Origin: Neoechinorhynchus agilis
Taxonomy: Eukaryota > Animalia > Acanthocephala
DNA: 64,000 bases
Assembly (NCBI GenBank): GCA_051530055.1
Contig: CM121341.1
Coordinates: forward strand, 9,774,784 to 9,838,783
Direction of reading: 5' to 3'
Both the position numbers and the translations under genes were made by a program. Below the pieces are notes generated by a model. That model was not told where the DNA came from, searched no databases, and saw only the letters and a list, made by a program, of their open reading frames with translations. Shown one piece after another: positions 49,215 to 61,329 of this stretch. Position 1 is the first letter of the stretch; every line of letters begins with the position of its first letter.

Positions 49215-49490
49215 GGAGAGCATTCTTTGATCTGATATGTCGCAATGCTCTTAACCTCATTTAATGGCAACATCGCATGCTTACATTCGAAAAACCGCTT
49301 TGGATTTCAGATAAGATTTCCAATTATCACTTTTATGAGTCCATTTTATCGTCCTTATTTATTGGCTTTTGTCAAATGCTCCAACTCAATGAATCCGAAA
49401 TAAGCAATTGGAGCTCGCTAGAATCAAGTAATGAAATACAGTTCGGGGCAAACATGTCAAAATCTCGCGAATCGACAAGTTTTCCAAATC
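49215..49490 (+). pseudogene. Endogenous totivirus-like RdRp fragment, copy 4 (opposite orientation)
   Basis: Near-identical to the reverse complement of 13255-13480; ORF 49277-49519 matches ORF 13163-13417 over 57 aa. Confidence 0.8.
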
Positions 49491-50042
49491 GAAACCATGA
49501 TTACGTTATCCACCGATGAAATATTTGTTTTCTGTTCTAAAAGTACAACCACATCTTAAACAATTAATGAATAGCATTTGAAGTCATACCCGTAAAATTC
49601 TAGCTTATCATGGATGCAATTCACAATCGAAGACAGAAAAATTAAGGTCATTTAGCAAAAGATGTTGATATTTTTGGAGCCCTCATAAAAATCCTTCGGT
49701 AACGCATGCTGGAGCACATAAATTAAAAACTTTTTATCATCAGTGGCAGTAGATGGTACATTTCAGCGTAAAAAACCTTTAGATAGTTTATCATGCGAAT
49801 TCTGAACCTAGGAACAGGTTCATATTATTTGGGAATGGACGAAATAAATAATGATTTACTATTAAAAATAAAGCTTTCTTTATCATTTTTGCTTAGTCCG
49901 CAATCCATCTCAGGTTCAATAATACTCAGGAAAATATTTATTATTTGATTTTTGATTATTGCACGAACTAGTAAACCCACTTGACTTTAAATCTTCATTT
50001 TAAATCATCTGAAAATAATCATTCCTCGTCTAATATTTATGA

Positions 50043-50417
50043 CCAATCAGATGTTCTTAATTTACTTTTCAATGGCCTGTTTCCCAATCGATTTCCGTTC
50101 GTAATTGCTGACAGGTAATCGTTATCTTGGACCTGGAACTTATGAAACGAGTATCCTTGCTACCGGCGTCCTGTGAACATAATGAGATAATTACACCTTA
50201 GCCCAACCCATTAGAACCAAAAGGAATGAGAAGCAGCTGAGCTAATTAAATGCAATATAATAAGCCAATCAGATTCCATTCTACCCTTCCTTTACATTAA
50301 AAGGAGCATAAACACTGTGAACGCTCTCCTATAAATCATCCTTAACCAAAAACAATCATTCTGAGTAACTCTCACTGTAAGAAGCGCTTTCTCCTAAAAA
50401 ACAGATTTCAGACAACA
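50043..50417 (+). promoter_or_regulatory. Putative promoter: CCAAT (50043, 50265), TATAAA (50330-50335), TTTCAG acceptor (50406-50411)
   Basis: Motif order and spacing upstream of the ATG at 50418. The paralog has TAGAAA at 56790. Confidence 0.5.
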
Positions 50418-51029
50418 ATGAATGATTTAATTCCTCAAACGCGAGTCTGTAAAGTGAATGTATACACTGAACATCCAAAGCATCAACAAACAGCTCAAAA
50501 GCAATCTACGTTTCGGTCATTCAAGCAAAATTCTAAACAGTCACAAAATAGTCACATTATTGAGATCGGCACAAGAGACGATCAGAACAATTCGTCCAAC
50601 GACACCAATGTGATTTTGAAGCACTTTGCATTCTTTGTGCTTATTTTCCTACTTTTTATCGTAACACAAAATGGAATCCATGTTGGAAAAATTGTGAAAA
50701 TATTCAGTACTTCAAATGAGAGAATCTCATTGGACAAAATTCTTAATTCAACAAATGAATTAAATTTGAAGGCAGAACTCGAAAATTGGGTTTGGAAAAT
50801 TCAAGGATTGAGATTTACAGTTGAAACTGTTTCAGCGCTTCTTACTATTTCGGTTGCAATGTCTTTATTCTTCTGCTTAAAACTTTGTAACTTACTGAGG
50901 ATCGGAATAAGACGAAGATTCAATGCTGACAACATCGAGCAACTAAATTTTATTGTAACTAACACTTTACTTATCATTATTCCCATTAATGTTATCGCTC
51001 TGTCGTTTATAAGCTTTGCGTTTAATTAG
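50418..51029 (+). CDS. Uncharacterised 3-TM membrane protein, paralog 1 (203 aa)
   Basis: Intact ORF, three hydrophobic segments, AATAAA at 51046, frame conserved in two paralogs. Confidence 0.8.
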   Translation: MNDLIPQTRVCKVNVYTEHPKHQQTAQKQSTFRSFKQNSKQSQNSHIIEIGTRDDQNNSSNDTNVILKHFAFFVLIFLLFIVTQNGIHVGKIVKIFSTSNERISLDKILNSTNELNLKAELENWVWKIQGLRFTVETVSALLTISVAMSLFFCLKLCNLLRIGIRRRFNADNIEQLNFIVTNTLLIIIPINVIALSFISFAFN

Positions 51030-51099
51030 AAACTTCAAAGCCATAAATAAAAACCAGTATTACTTTTAGATATTGAAATTTTTTGATGTTAATTTCTTA

Positions 51100-51260
51100 A
51101 AGTGTGCAAAATCCTTCTTACCTGGAAAACGATTTCTTGATGTGTCCCTTCATCCGATTTCTCCAAATTTTACTACAACCTCTTTTACAATCTGTCCAAA
51201 TCACAGACCCCTCACCTTGAAAAGTTTTAAAGAAGAGCCTCTAAAATTTGAACAGTTAAT
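51100..51260 (+). mobile_element. L2/CR1-like LINE short fragment
   Basis: Matches 8840-8970 (CTCCAAATTTTACT...AGAAGAGCCTCTAAAATTTGAAC). Confidence 0.65.
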
Positions 51261-52254
51261 TCCCCCTTTACTGAATGCATTAAGCTCAATCAAAAACGTG
51301 GATCCGTCCTTGTTGTGTGAGGCGGAAGTTGTTAAAATCGATCTTAATAAAACATTGCTTCCTACAATGGAACGGTACTGAAGGATATATTTGAACCTTC
51401 GGAAGGATATAGATGAACGCACTCATAGCCGACGATGATTGTATCGCGTTTTAAAATTTTGGACCAATAAAAGACGTAACAACTTTTTAGGTGACTGATA
51501 AGGCGAGTTTGCCTCGTGAAATATTTCAAATAAATCGACTATGCTCGTGAGTATGTTCACCCCAATTTTAATTTTAATTTTTTTCGAATTTACCTTCTAG
51601 ACGAAATGATATCGGGATTTACAGTTGCCTGTGAACGCTAAGTTCCATCTGAAAAAAAATCGCAAAATAAATTAAAAAAGCTTCTCGGACGTCTCTCTCA
51701 ACTACGTCCTCTCTCTCGTCAACGCCTACTCTCTTCTTAAATCAATGAAAATGAATGCGACTCGACCAAGTATTCCATTCTTGTTGATGTTGCACCAAAG
51801 AAATGCTTTGAACGAATTACTGAAACTCTAAAGGACATATTAATTGAAGTGATGAGCACAGTTAAAGATATAAAAGCGGGGACTATTCAGTGCGAAATGA
51901 AAGCTCTCAAAAATGAACGGTTGATTGAAGTCGAAAAGTGCAATGGGAAGAAAGTTAACGGTTCAAAGAGGCAGGCAAATGTTTCAAACGGGAATTTTAG
52001 GAAACAAACTAAAGGTTTACAGAAATCGGCTAGTGAAGCTCCCACGAAGGAAAATAAGGTTTTGGTAGATTCCATCATCATGCTTAACCCGAATGAAAAC
52101 TCGTTGGAAACGAATGGTGTTCAAAAGACTGCAAATATTTCGAAATTTACTAGTGACTTGGTACCACCCTTAGAGGATATTCGGCCTGTAGTACTTAATT
52201 TACTGTGGAAGAGTATGATTGCTACGATTAATTATCCCAAAGAGAACTCGTCTT

Positions 52255-53720
52255 GAGTTCACCTCGACAAACTGTTCACAAATATCGACGCCTACTCATC
52301 CGCCTCTAAACTCCCTCGCCCCGCGAACTCTGACCACTCTTCTGCCCTTATTATTCCTGCCACCCCAGCTTCGCGTATAAAATCTCCCCGTTTACCGTCT
52401 GGTAAAAACGTGATCATCACATCCAAAATTTTATAAAATTGTTCAATTCTATGATTTGCACATTCCCCTCTGACAACACAAATATCCCTTCTTTGCCGTG
52501 TACTCCCTAACCTCAATCATAACAAAATTCCCAAGAAATTCATTAATCTCCAACCATGACCTGCCATGGCTAAACCCCATCTTGAAACTTATTCAAAAGC
52601 AAGCTTCTAAGGTGCATCGCAACCAATATTCTGACTTTTCCCGTTTACAAAAATCTAACTAACAAAACACTTGTCACCCGCAAAAACCTTCTTCAAAAAT
52701 TCGTTCAAGTGGCAATTTAAAATGGTGGCAGGCCGTCAAGGACTCTCTTGTTCTACGCAACACAGATCCCCTCCCCATTTTGTCCTCTGAGTTAAAACCA
52801 GTTCTAGACCCCATCATTCAGAACCGCTGCCCTGACTGCAATTACAATCATTGCTCTACATCAGACACCACACAATCTTTCACGCCCACACCTGAAACTT
52901 TTGTCAACTCAAAGATACTCCCCTTACTTTCGTCATACGAAGTACTATAGCATCTTAAGAAATTACTTCGAAATTCATTTTCTCAATCCGAAACCCCAAA
53001 CTTGGTTCTCCGCTGCATCATCACCAAACTCATCGACCCTCTTACCCACATTATAAAATACAGCTTTTTATTTGGCACCTACCCACATGCCTGAAAACTG
53101 CTAACATTAGGTTTCCACCTAATCATTCCGTCCAATATCCATCCTACCCATCGCTCTTTCAAAAATCCTCGAAAAATGTTTTAAATCTCGCCTTCTTTCA
53201 CTTCCCAACGGAAAGTTATCGCCCCTACAATTCGGCTTCCGGCCCAAATTTTCCGCAACCGATGCCCTACTTTGCATTTATGACACGCTCCTACGTAACC
53301 CCTCACCTACGATTATCCCGTCTTTTGCAAATTGTCAAAATCACAACTTTTCACATGAGCACAACACTCGTAATCCTAATTCTTTTCATCCTCCATCGAC
53401 CTTGCACCTCCCTCTATCTACGGTCCTTATTCCATTCTGCACAATCTCCTCGGATATCAAAACCTGAAATGAATCTCACGAAAACCAACCCTACAAACGC
53501 TCCTACAAACAATAACCACCAATCCCCACCAGAACGGCATACCTCTACCGGACATTCGTACCCGAATGGACATTCTCCGACCTCACCAAATCCACATTCC
53601 ATAGTTTCAATCAAATATTGTTTATCACCCTGTCTTCATCAAAACAATGTCACAAAGAGGACTCAAAGGTACATGGGTCCAATTCTTGTTACCTAAAAAA
53701 CAAATAAACGTGTTATTATA
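52255..53720 (+). mobile_element. L2/CR1-group LINE, heavily decayed, with 3' terminus
   Basis: LDKLFTN...SDH, DPLTHIIKYSF, QFGFRPKFS; ends AATAAACGTGTTATTAT. Confidence 0.75.
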
Positions 53721-54016
53721 AATCCACCTAAGCTTTTTGGGTAACGCGAAACATTTACTCTGTAATTAATTGATGCTGTCGGCCAAAAGGAATTCATCAT
53801 TGGTCTACGAAAACTATTGACTTTTCGCCCACCTACAAAGCGTTCAATATTAATTGCGAACAGACCGAAGATCTACTCTAATTGGTTGCAATATCAACAT
53901 GTAATTGTTCAAATGAAACACAATCTTCTCCCCAAAGATAAGAAAACTAGGAATACGTATATCTATTCGCTTATTATTCTCAAGTTTATTGAAAAACCCG
54001 CCTCATTGCTTGAAAA

Positions 54017-54631
54017 ATGATTCGAACTCCAATCACCTACAATACCGTTAATCTTAGCAAAGAAAAGCGTTTGATGAACAATAGATCATTTCCAGAAGCA
54101 TTTACTAACAATTCACTCTTGCGATCATACTCGCCAAAATTAACGACGATGCAACATTTACTAGCGATTCAAAGTCAAAAAACGATAGTTACAAACGCTG
54201 AAGATCGCAGGATCGTAACATCGTTTGTCAAACGAATTATTAGATTTGCTTTACTCGCAATGTTCGTAATATTATTCCACAATGGAGTTCAGGTCGGACG
54301 ACTGATGTCGATCATTACCTTCGACAGTCACATGGGTCCAAATATCGACTCAAATAATTCTACAATTGACATTAGTCTCCTAATCGAAAATTGGATAGTC
54401 GAATCTCGAAAAAGAATGTACCTAATAGAAATAACGTTCGCATTCGTTACTATTTCAGTTCTGCTGTCCGTGATCACAATTGCAATTCTTTTCTACACTA
54501 TAAGATTGGATTTTAATCATCAAGTCATTCGAAATCGAATGTATCGATTGAGTATTATTGCTAATTACCTGTTAGTGGTTATATTTCTAATCAAAATCGC
54601 GATAGAAATTTGTAATTTGTTTATTTTTTAA
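54017..54631 (+). CDS. Uncharacterised 3-TM membrane protein, divergent paralog (204 aa)
   Basis: FHNGVQVGRL vs TQNGIHVGKI; IENWI..IE.TFAFVTIS vs LENWV..VE.VSALLTIS; same length; AATAAA after the stop. Confidence 0.75.
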   Translation: MIRTPITYNTVNLSKEKRLMNNRSFPEAFTNNSLLRSYSPKLTTMQHLLAIQSQKTIVTNAEDRRIVTSFVKRIIRFALLAMFVILFHNGVQVGRLMSIITFDSHMGPNIDSNNSTIDISLLIENWIVESRKRMYLIEITFAFVTISVLLSVITIAILFYTIRLDFNHQVIRNRMYRLSIIANYLLVVIFLIKIAIEICNLFIF

Positions 54632-56877
54632 TAAATCAAACCTAAACACTGTTCAATATGTAAAATAATTTCTAGAAAAACGCGATATAAACTATTACGA
54701 TAACGTATAAGCTAAAAATTTTGCGGAAATATACAGCTTATGATCTGCTAAGAAAATTTATGCTAATAATATGAAGTGTTTATTATTAATGTAAATCGAA
54801 GGTACAATATAAATCTCAAAAAACGCACCAATTTGACATAAAATAGAGTGACTGTCGGACTTGTTTTTGAACAGAATTAAAAGAAAATTCAGTGTATAAT
54901 TTTTAAAATGTAGAGTAAACGGGTAGAGTGTAGTTTTTAGAATAAATGATAGTAAAGTAAAAACACTGAATTGTGGACGTTGAGCGAAATAAGGGAAATT
55001 TTCTTAATGTCAAACTTGTTCAATTTTATTAGCTGTAAAGATAGCAAAATTGGGATATTGTAAAAAGATTAAATACCGATGAATCGTGTCTAAAAAGTCA
55101 TAAGGTATTAGATTACAACGGATTTGAAATCTTTAAAGAATTTTAATGACACATTTTCGAACTTCTGCAGCTTTTAACTTCAGCATTAATTTAGGTCATA
55201 TTGAATACTTGAATTAGGTCGATTTTGATGTAAATATCGAAAAAAGAACTTAGAATTCAGGAGCGTTCTTTTATTTTCAATTAACTATCTATTCTAAAAG
55301 TTCTGAGATAGATGTTAAGGTATAAAGATAATTTTTGTCGATTTTAATTCTTTTCTATTTAGCAATGAAAAATAAAACACTAGGTTGGGAAATCAGTCGA
55401 CTTTTCACCAACTGATTTTATTCCTAGTCCCATTTCTGATCACAAAATTTTGTTGTTGAACAACAAAGGAGTAAAAGTTCCATAGGCATTAACAACATAG
55501 CAAAATACTTCTGGTGCTTGATCTCTAACCACTTCGGACAAATCTGATCATTGAACTCTTTTTAAAATCACATTTCGAGCGCACAGTTTTAAGTTTAATT
55601 TGATAAACGTACGGAGTGAATGAACAATTCCCTTACAGGAACTTATTTCCTTTTGATGTTGAAGCCGAAGCCAATCATGTTCAAAAGCTGATCCCTTAAC
55701 AAATGAGTAGAAAATCATCTTAAGTTCTCATTTTGATGGTAAAATATCTGGGATCGTATCGAAGAAGGATTTTTCGAAATACTGTCGACCCTTCTAGCCA
55801 CTAAAATGTTTGAAACGAAGATTTCGTAAAGTTTCCTCGTAATCGATGGCGAGATTGCGGATTGATGATAAAAGGTTCTGTAAATAATAATCATAATTTT
55901 TCAATTTTTGATATTTACTAGACTTTAAATGAACTTTACAAAAACAAAATAACAATGTTAATACAGTCTAAAAAATTAACATCAATTCAGACTACTCCCT
56001 AGCAATATTTACAGTCAATCGCACAAATTACAATATATTTTAGTAACAGATAAAATTTGACTATTCAAGTGCTCAAATAAAATTTTAAACGGTGTACACT
56101 ACCGATTGAAAACATAAGAGCCCCTGACCGATTTTTCGATTCACATTTGTTTAAAATCCTAGTTAGGATAAGCTATAAGGAAACTGAGGTAAACTAATCG
56201 AGACACAAATTTAACGGACCAGTGTAGATAAATTGGAAAAACCAATTAGGTTAGCATTAAATAGAATAATTCATTGGATTATTTTTTATCATTAATTGCC
56301 ATATATGGAAAACTATGACAAAAATAAAAATGTTAACTCCTTAATGGGCGAAATAGTCCGCAATCCATCTCGGGTTCAATAATACTCAGGAAAATATTTA
56401 TTATTTGATTTTTGATTATTGCACGAACTAGTAAACCCACTTGACTTTGAATCTTCATTTTAAATCATCTGAAAATAATCATTCCTCGTCTAATATTTAT
56501 GACCAATCAGATGTTCTTAATTTACTTTTCAATGGCCTGTTTCCCAATCGATTTCCGTTCGTAATTGCTGACAGGTAATCGTTATCTTGGACCTGGAACT
56601 TATGAAACGAGTATCCTTGCTACCGGCGTCCTGTGAACATAATGAGATAATTACACCTTAGCCCAACCCATTAGAACCAAAAGGAATGAGAAGCAGCTGA
56701 GCTAATTAAATGCAATATAATAAGCCAATCAGATTCCATTCTACCCTTCCTTTACATTAAAAGGAGCATAAACACTGTGAACGCTCTCCTAGAAATCATC
56801 CTTAACCAAAAACAATCATTCTGAGTAACTCTCACTGTAAGAAGCGCTTTCTCCTAAAAAACAGATTTCAGACAACA

Positions 56878-57489
56878 ATGAATGATTTAATTCCTCAAAC
56901 GCGAGTCTGTAAAGTGAATTTACATACTGAACATCCAAAGCATCAACAAACAGTTCAAAAAGATTCTGCGTTTCGACCATACAAACAAAATTCTAAACAG
57001 TCACAAAATAGTCACATTATTGAGATCGGCACAAGAGACGATCAGAACAATTCGTCCAACGACGCCAATGCGATTTTGAAGCACTTTGCTTTCTTTGTGT
57101 TTATTTTCCTACTTTTTATCGTAACACAAAATGGAATCCATGTTGGAAAAATTGTGAAAATATTCAGTACTTCAAATGAGAGAATCTCATTGGACAAAAT
57201 TCTTAATTCAACAAATGAATTAAATTTGAAGGCAGAACTCGAAAATTATATTTGGAAAATTCACAGATTGAGATTTACAGTAGAATTTGCTTCTGCGCTT
57301 CTTACAATTTTGATTGTGATATCTTTGTGCTTCTGCATAAAGCTTTTTAACTTACTGAGGATCGGAATAAGACGAAGATTCAATGCTGACAACATCGAGC
57401 AACTAAATTTTATTGTAACTAACACTTTACTTATCATTATTCCCACTAATGTTATCGCTCTGTCGTTTATAAGCGTTGTGTTTGATTAG
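56878..57489 (+). CDS. Uncharacterised 3-TM membrane protein, paralog 2 (203 aa)
   Basis: Intact ORF, about 27 aa different from 50418-51029. Confidence 0.8.
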   Translation: MNDLIPQTRVCKVNLHTEHPKHQQTVQKDSAFRPYKQNSKQSQNSHIIEIGTRDDQNNSSNDANAILKHFAFFVFIFLLFIVTQNGIHVGKIVKIFSTSNERISLDKILNSTNELNLKAELENYIWKIHRLRFTVEFASALLTILIVISLCFCIKLFNLLRIGIRRRFNADNIEQLNFIVTNTLLIIIPTNVIALSFISVVFD

Positions 57490-58453
57490 AAACTTCAAAG
57501 CCATAAATAAAAACCAGTATTACTTTTAAGTATGGGGATTGTTTTGAATTTTTTTATGTTGCAAATAGAAAACTTGTAATAGGCTAAATTGCGCAGAATT
57601 ATTCTTTTATAATGGTCAAAAGTATTATCTAAGTGGTTTTTATAATCGTACGCATGATAAAGTCATACTTCAATAAAGTATGCAATGCAAAATTTTAGAA
57701 CTTGAAATTCCGTTAAAAATGAAGATGTATAAATTCATTGACACGACCGTCGACAAAGCGATTATTGGTATTAGTTGATGACGAAAAAATCAGCATTGTG
57801 AATTTTTTGCACGACAAGCGGTAAAAGAACGCAAACACGAACCCAAGTTCGTAAAATTCTAAGTGGCTGGTAAAGTGTTTATAAAAATCGTGCTTTTTAA
57901 TGATTGTTTGTCCAATTATAATCTTTGAAATATCGAGTATAATCTACTTTTTGTGATTATTTCACGATCACAAAACTATTTGCTAGATAAATGTTTCACA
58001 AAAAAATAAATCATAAAATTCCGAAAGGACTCTACAAGTAAATTTTCTTTTTCACGGGTGCGGCATTTAAATTTTAGCGTGCAATCTTAATTAACGAAAA
58101 CTGTTTATTATTTAAGGTGCACTTTTTAGACATCATTTCGATAGCACGAGATTTTAAGAAGTCAAATCATGTTTCCAGCAATGCTATTAAGTTTTAGATT
58201 TGATTTTATAACTAAATAAATTGTTTCTGAAATTACTTTTATGGATATAAAAGCAGACATAAATGCCAGACAACATTTTCTATCAGAATCGAAGAAAAGT
58301 TATTTTCCAAACAACGATATTCATCATCATTGAGCACGTAGAAAAGAGTCATATGTTGTTGTTGCCGAAACCATGACTCCATGATTGCTTCAACCGAGCG
58401 CTATAAAATCATTTGACTTTTGTTCCTAGCAGTTTACTTTTTTAAAGAGCAAC

Positions 58454-58846
58454 ATGCGCCTTATCACGCACAATATATTGTCCACGAACTTCCTCAAGAA
58501 CGTTAAGAAAGGATACCCTCTTATGATCAAGGCAACTGAAGTTAAGGAGACTGAATCAAAGAAATTTAATCCACAGATAGTAAGGCGAACGATTGAACGA
58601 TTAGATTGGAAGACGTTTATCGGAGCAGCACGAGGATTGCAGTTGATAAAAGAAGACAAAGGAGTAAACTGGGACGAGATGCCACAAGAAGAGCAATTGA
58701 AAGATGAATCATTTTTATCTTCAATTCATCGATTGTTGTTTAACGTAGAAATCGTAAAAGGTGAATTGGTCTGTCCGGAAACTGGAAGAGTATTTCCAAT
58801 CAAGAACAGCATTCCGAATATGCTCATAGAAGATGCTGAAAGATAG
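58454..58846 (+). CDS. TRMT112: Multifunctional methyltransferase activator subunit TRM112
   Basis: MRLITHNIL...GYPL...HRLL..VEIVKGELVCPETGRVFPIKNSIPNML hallmark sequence; intronless. Confidence 0.97.
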   Translation: MRLITHNILSTNFLKNVKKGYPLMIKATEVKETESKKFNPQIVRRTIERLDWKTFIGAARGLQLIKEDKGVNWDEMPQEEQLKDESFLSSIHRLLFNVEIVKGELVCPETGRVFPIKNSIPNMLIEDAER

Positions 58847-59659
58847 AAGACTTAATTAAATTCAATATTTGTTAAATGGTCGAATGATGATGTGGATTTT
58901 CCCGGAAACTTGGCTCTGCAAATGGGTTTTAGTTATTTTCAAACATGTTTCCGTCATAATTGTAGTCAACATTACTCAGAATCGTGAATTTTGAAGACAT
59001 TTTAAGAGTGGACCGTCGTCGTTTTGTCGCAACTCCCCATTGTATTATTTGTTATTGATAAGAAACGAGATATTCTCTGCTTCAACCCCATCTCGATATA
59101 AATTGTCATGTCGAAAATTCTTACAAGAAACATTGATAAAGGCACAAAATTGCGCCGAAATATCGGAATCAATACATTCTTTTAATTCTCCGCCACATAA
59201 AACCATGAACAATTCAATCTTCAATCATAATAGAAACAAAACAGATTAATTGGAGAAACAACGATTGGCGATTCTGTTTTTTATCAATGTACGTGCAAAA
59301 AACCTTGAAGCTCTTTTAAAAACTACAGTTGAAATTAATGATCGTGGAACGATGTAGTGAAGAGCAAAAAAACAGCGAGCGATAAAAGTTAACAAAGGAA
59401 CATTCATTTTAAATATCTATATTTTTAAAGCGCAAAATGATTTTATAGTTATTTTAACCGCCCTTTTCCACAAATCGCCGTTTTTATCGAGGACTTCAAT
59501 ATTTGGCTTTTAACTTAAATCTTCACTGGCTGGTATTTCAAATGGTGCGATTGTTGTGGCAAGATATATTTTTCCTTCCGAATATTCATGATTCAATATA
59601 ATTACGAAAAGATGTCAACCCTTTTTATGAAAGATGTAAATACAAATAGAAGTTTAATT

Positions 59660-59885
59660 ATTATTTAGGTCTACACCCTTGGTAAATGATTATTTATTTA
59701 AGACGTTTCGAACCTCGTCGGGTTCATCATTAGTTTGTTTGTTAAACAATAATTCCAATCATATTCTCCGGTACCTCACATATCAACACAAATAGAAGTG
59801 TGTTATTTAGAAGTCTTAACTCTATAAAGAATTTTTGTATTAAAGACGTTCTGTGAACAACGTCGGGTTCATCATCAATTTATTA
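59660..59885 (-). mobile_element. Non-autonomous hammerhead element with two tandem degenerate ribozyme motifs (143-bp spacing)
   Basis: CTAATGA-T-GAACC-cgacga-GGTTC-GAAACGTC (59702-59733) and TTGATGATGAAC...GTTC-ACAGAACGTC (59845-59878). Flanks match 21134-21176 and 21290-21330. Confidence 0.7.
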
Positions 59886-59989
59886 ATTATTAAAAGATGC
59901 TTAAGACGCACCCGACCAGATTCGAATCGTTTTTAATAAAAAAAATCTCTACCAAGTGAAGACCTAAATAACACCTCAAATAATTTGTA

Positions 59990-60200
59990 GTAGTAAGCCT
60001 AAAATGTTTTACCAATATCAGGACGGACACAAAGATAACCGATGACTGACGGTATACAAATCTGGATCCCATCTCACTTTTCCGTGGCGAAATTATCCCC
60101 TACTCTAAACGACTTCAGCAAATGGCTCCAATACCTTCACTTGAAATTCTACCATCTTTCGTTATGGACACTCCAAATGAAGACAATATTGAAAAAACAC
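59990..60200 (+). mobile_element. L2/CR1-like short fragment
   Basis: YSKRLQQMAPIPSLEILPSF resembles YLLKRLRRLGVPSFDLSKF at 8800. Confidence 0.35.
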
Positions 60201-60314
60201 AACTTTCATAATTTGATCACAAATCCATTTCGAAACCAGAATCTCTGTGTAACTATGACAACCAACAAAGGAGGGAAAAATAATTGAATATGTGAGAGGG
60301 ATCAGCGTTCATCA

Positions 60315-60665
60315 ATGTCGGTCACTCATCCTCTAAGGAGCAGTAAAAGTTGCGTCGACGTGTTTTCGGTCAATGTAGTAGTGAAGCATGGAACGAACAT
60401 TTTCCAGGTATTCATGCAGTCATCGGAACCTTTAAGGGTTCATGATTTGAAACGTAAAATATTCGAAGCGGTTGAAGTTCCGATATGCATCCAAAGGATA
60501 TATTTTGAAGGACAATACCTCCACCGTTGGCCCAATGCCAAATTGTCGGACTTTCTGGTCGCTAACAACTGCGTGCTTACTTTGGCAGGAACTACCGATG
60601 CTACCCATGATCCGAATTGCCGCGAGTGCCTTACTTGTCAAACCTCAAACTATTGGTATCGTTGA
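60315..60665 (+). CDS. Small ubiquitin-like domain protein with a Cys-rich tail (116 aa)
   Basis: VVVKHG, VHDLKRKIFEAVEVPICIQRIYFEGQYL...KLSDFLVANNCVLTL fits the ubiquitin-fold pattern. Confidence 0.7.
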   Translation: MSVTHPLRSSKSCVDVFSVNVVVKHGTNIFQVFMQSSEPLRVHDLKRKIFEAVEVPICIQRIYFEGQYLHRWPNAKLSDFLVANNCVLTLAGTTDATHDPNCRECLTCQTSNYWYR

Positions 60666-61329
60666 AAGTAGAATTTACTCTTTCATACCGAGAATAAAGT
60701 ATTGATTTTTTTGAATTAGAGATTCACTTTAAAAATAAACAGTGAGTAGTTAAGGCAAATTTTCTCGTCCCGCTTAAACGTTTCATATGAAAAAATTAAT
60801 CGGCGAATCAAGATGATTGTCCCGATTAATAATGTCAAGTAGCAAGGTTTTTACGACTTTCTTCTATAAAACATGAAACTAGCATTTCCATTGATCACTT
60901 TTTGGCCATTATTGGTCTCATGTTTTTTGTACATAAAGAAATATTTAATAACTCGGTTAATATCTTTAGAATTCTTCACAGCATTACAATAAAATCCTAA
61001 AGTAAGCAATGACATTAGAATCTAAAATTTTCCATATATCACTGAGAAAAATAAACGATTTACCGTTAAAGTCTTAATTCTTTAATCACAGCAAGGCGGG
61101 GGATTAAACAGCGGTAAATAACGCGGATAATAAAGGGCTAAATTTGATTTATAAAATAAAAGCTCTCCGCTTGCTTTAGATTGACTATTATGCAGATTGG
61201 ATGTGCGCAGAAATTGGTGCTAGGATTTGGAACATTCATTATGTCACAGTTCCAACGATTCGCAGACATTACGCTGATATAAAGGCAGTGCTCAACGTAA
61301 AATAATAAGGTGAGCTTGATCATAAGATA

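Larger units (their letters stand above)
49895..51067. repeat. Gene-sized duplicate of 56355-57527
   Basis: Offset 6460; includes the upstream region, CDS and polyA signal. Confidence 0.95.

Noticed and set aside
51849-52256. 135-aa ORF as a host gene
   Set aside because: No motif; it lies directly upstream of a LINE fragment and may be an ORF1 remnant.
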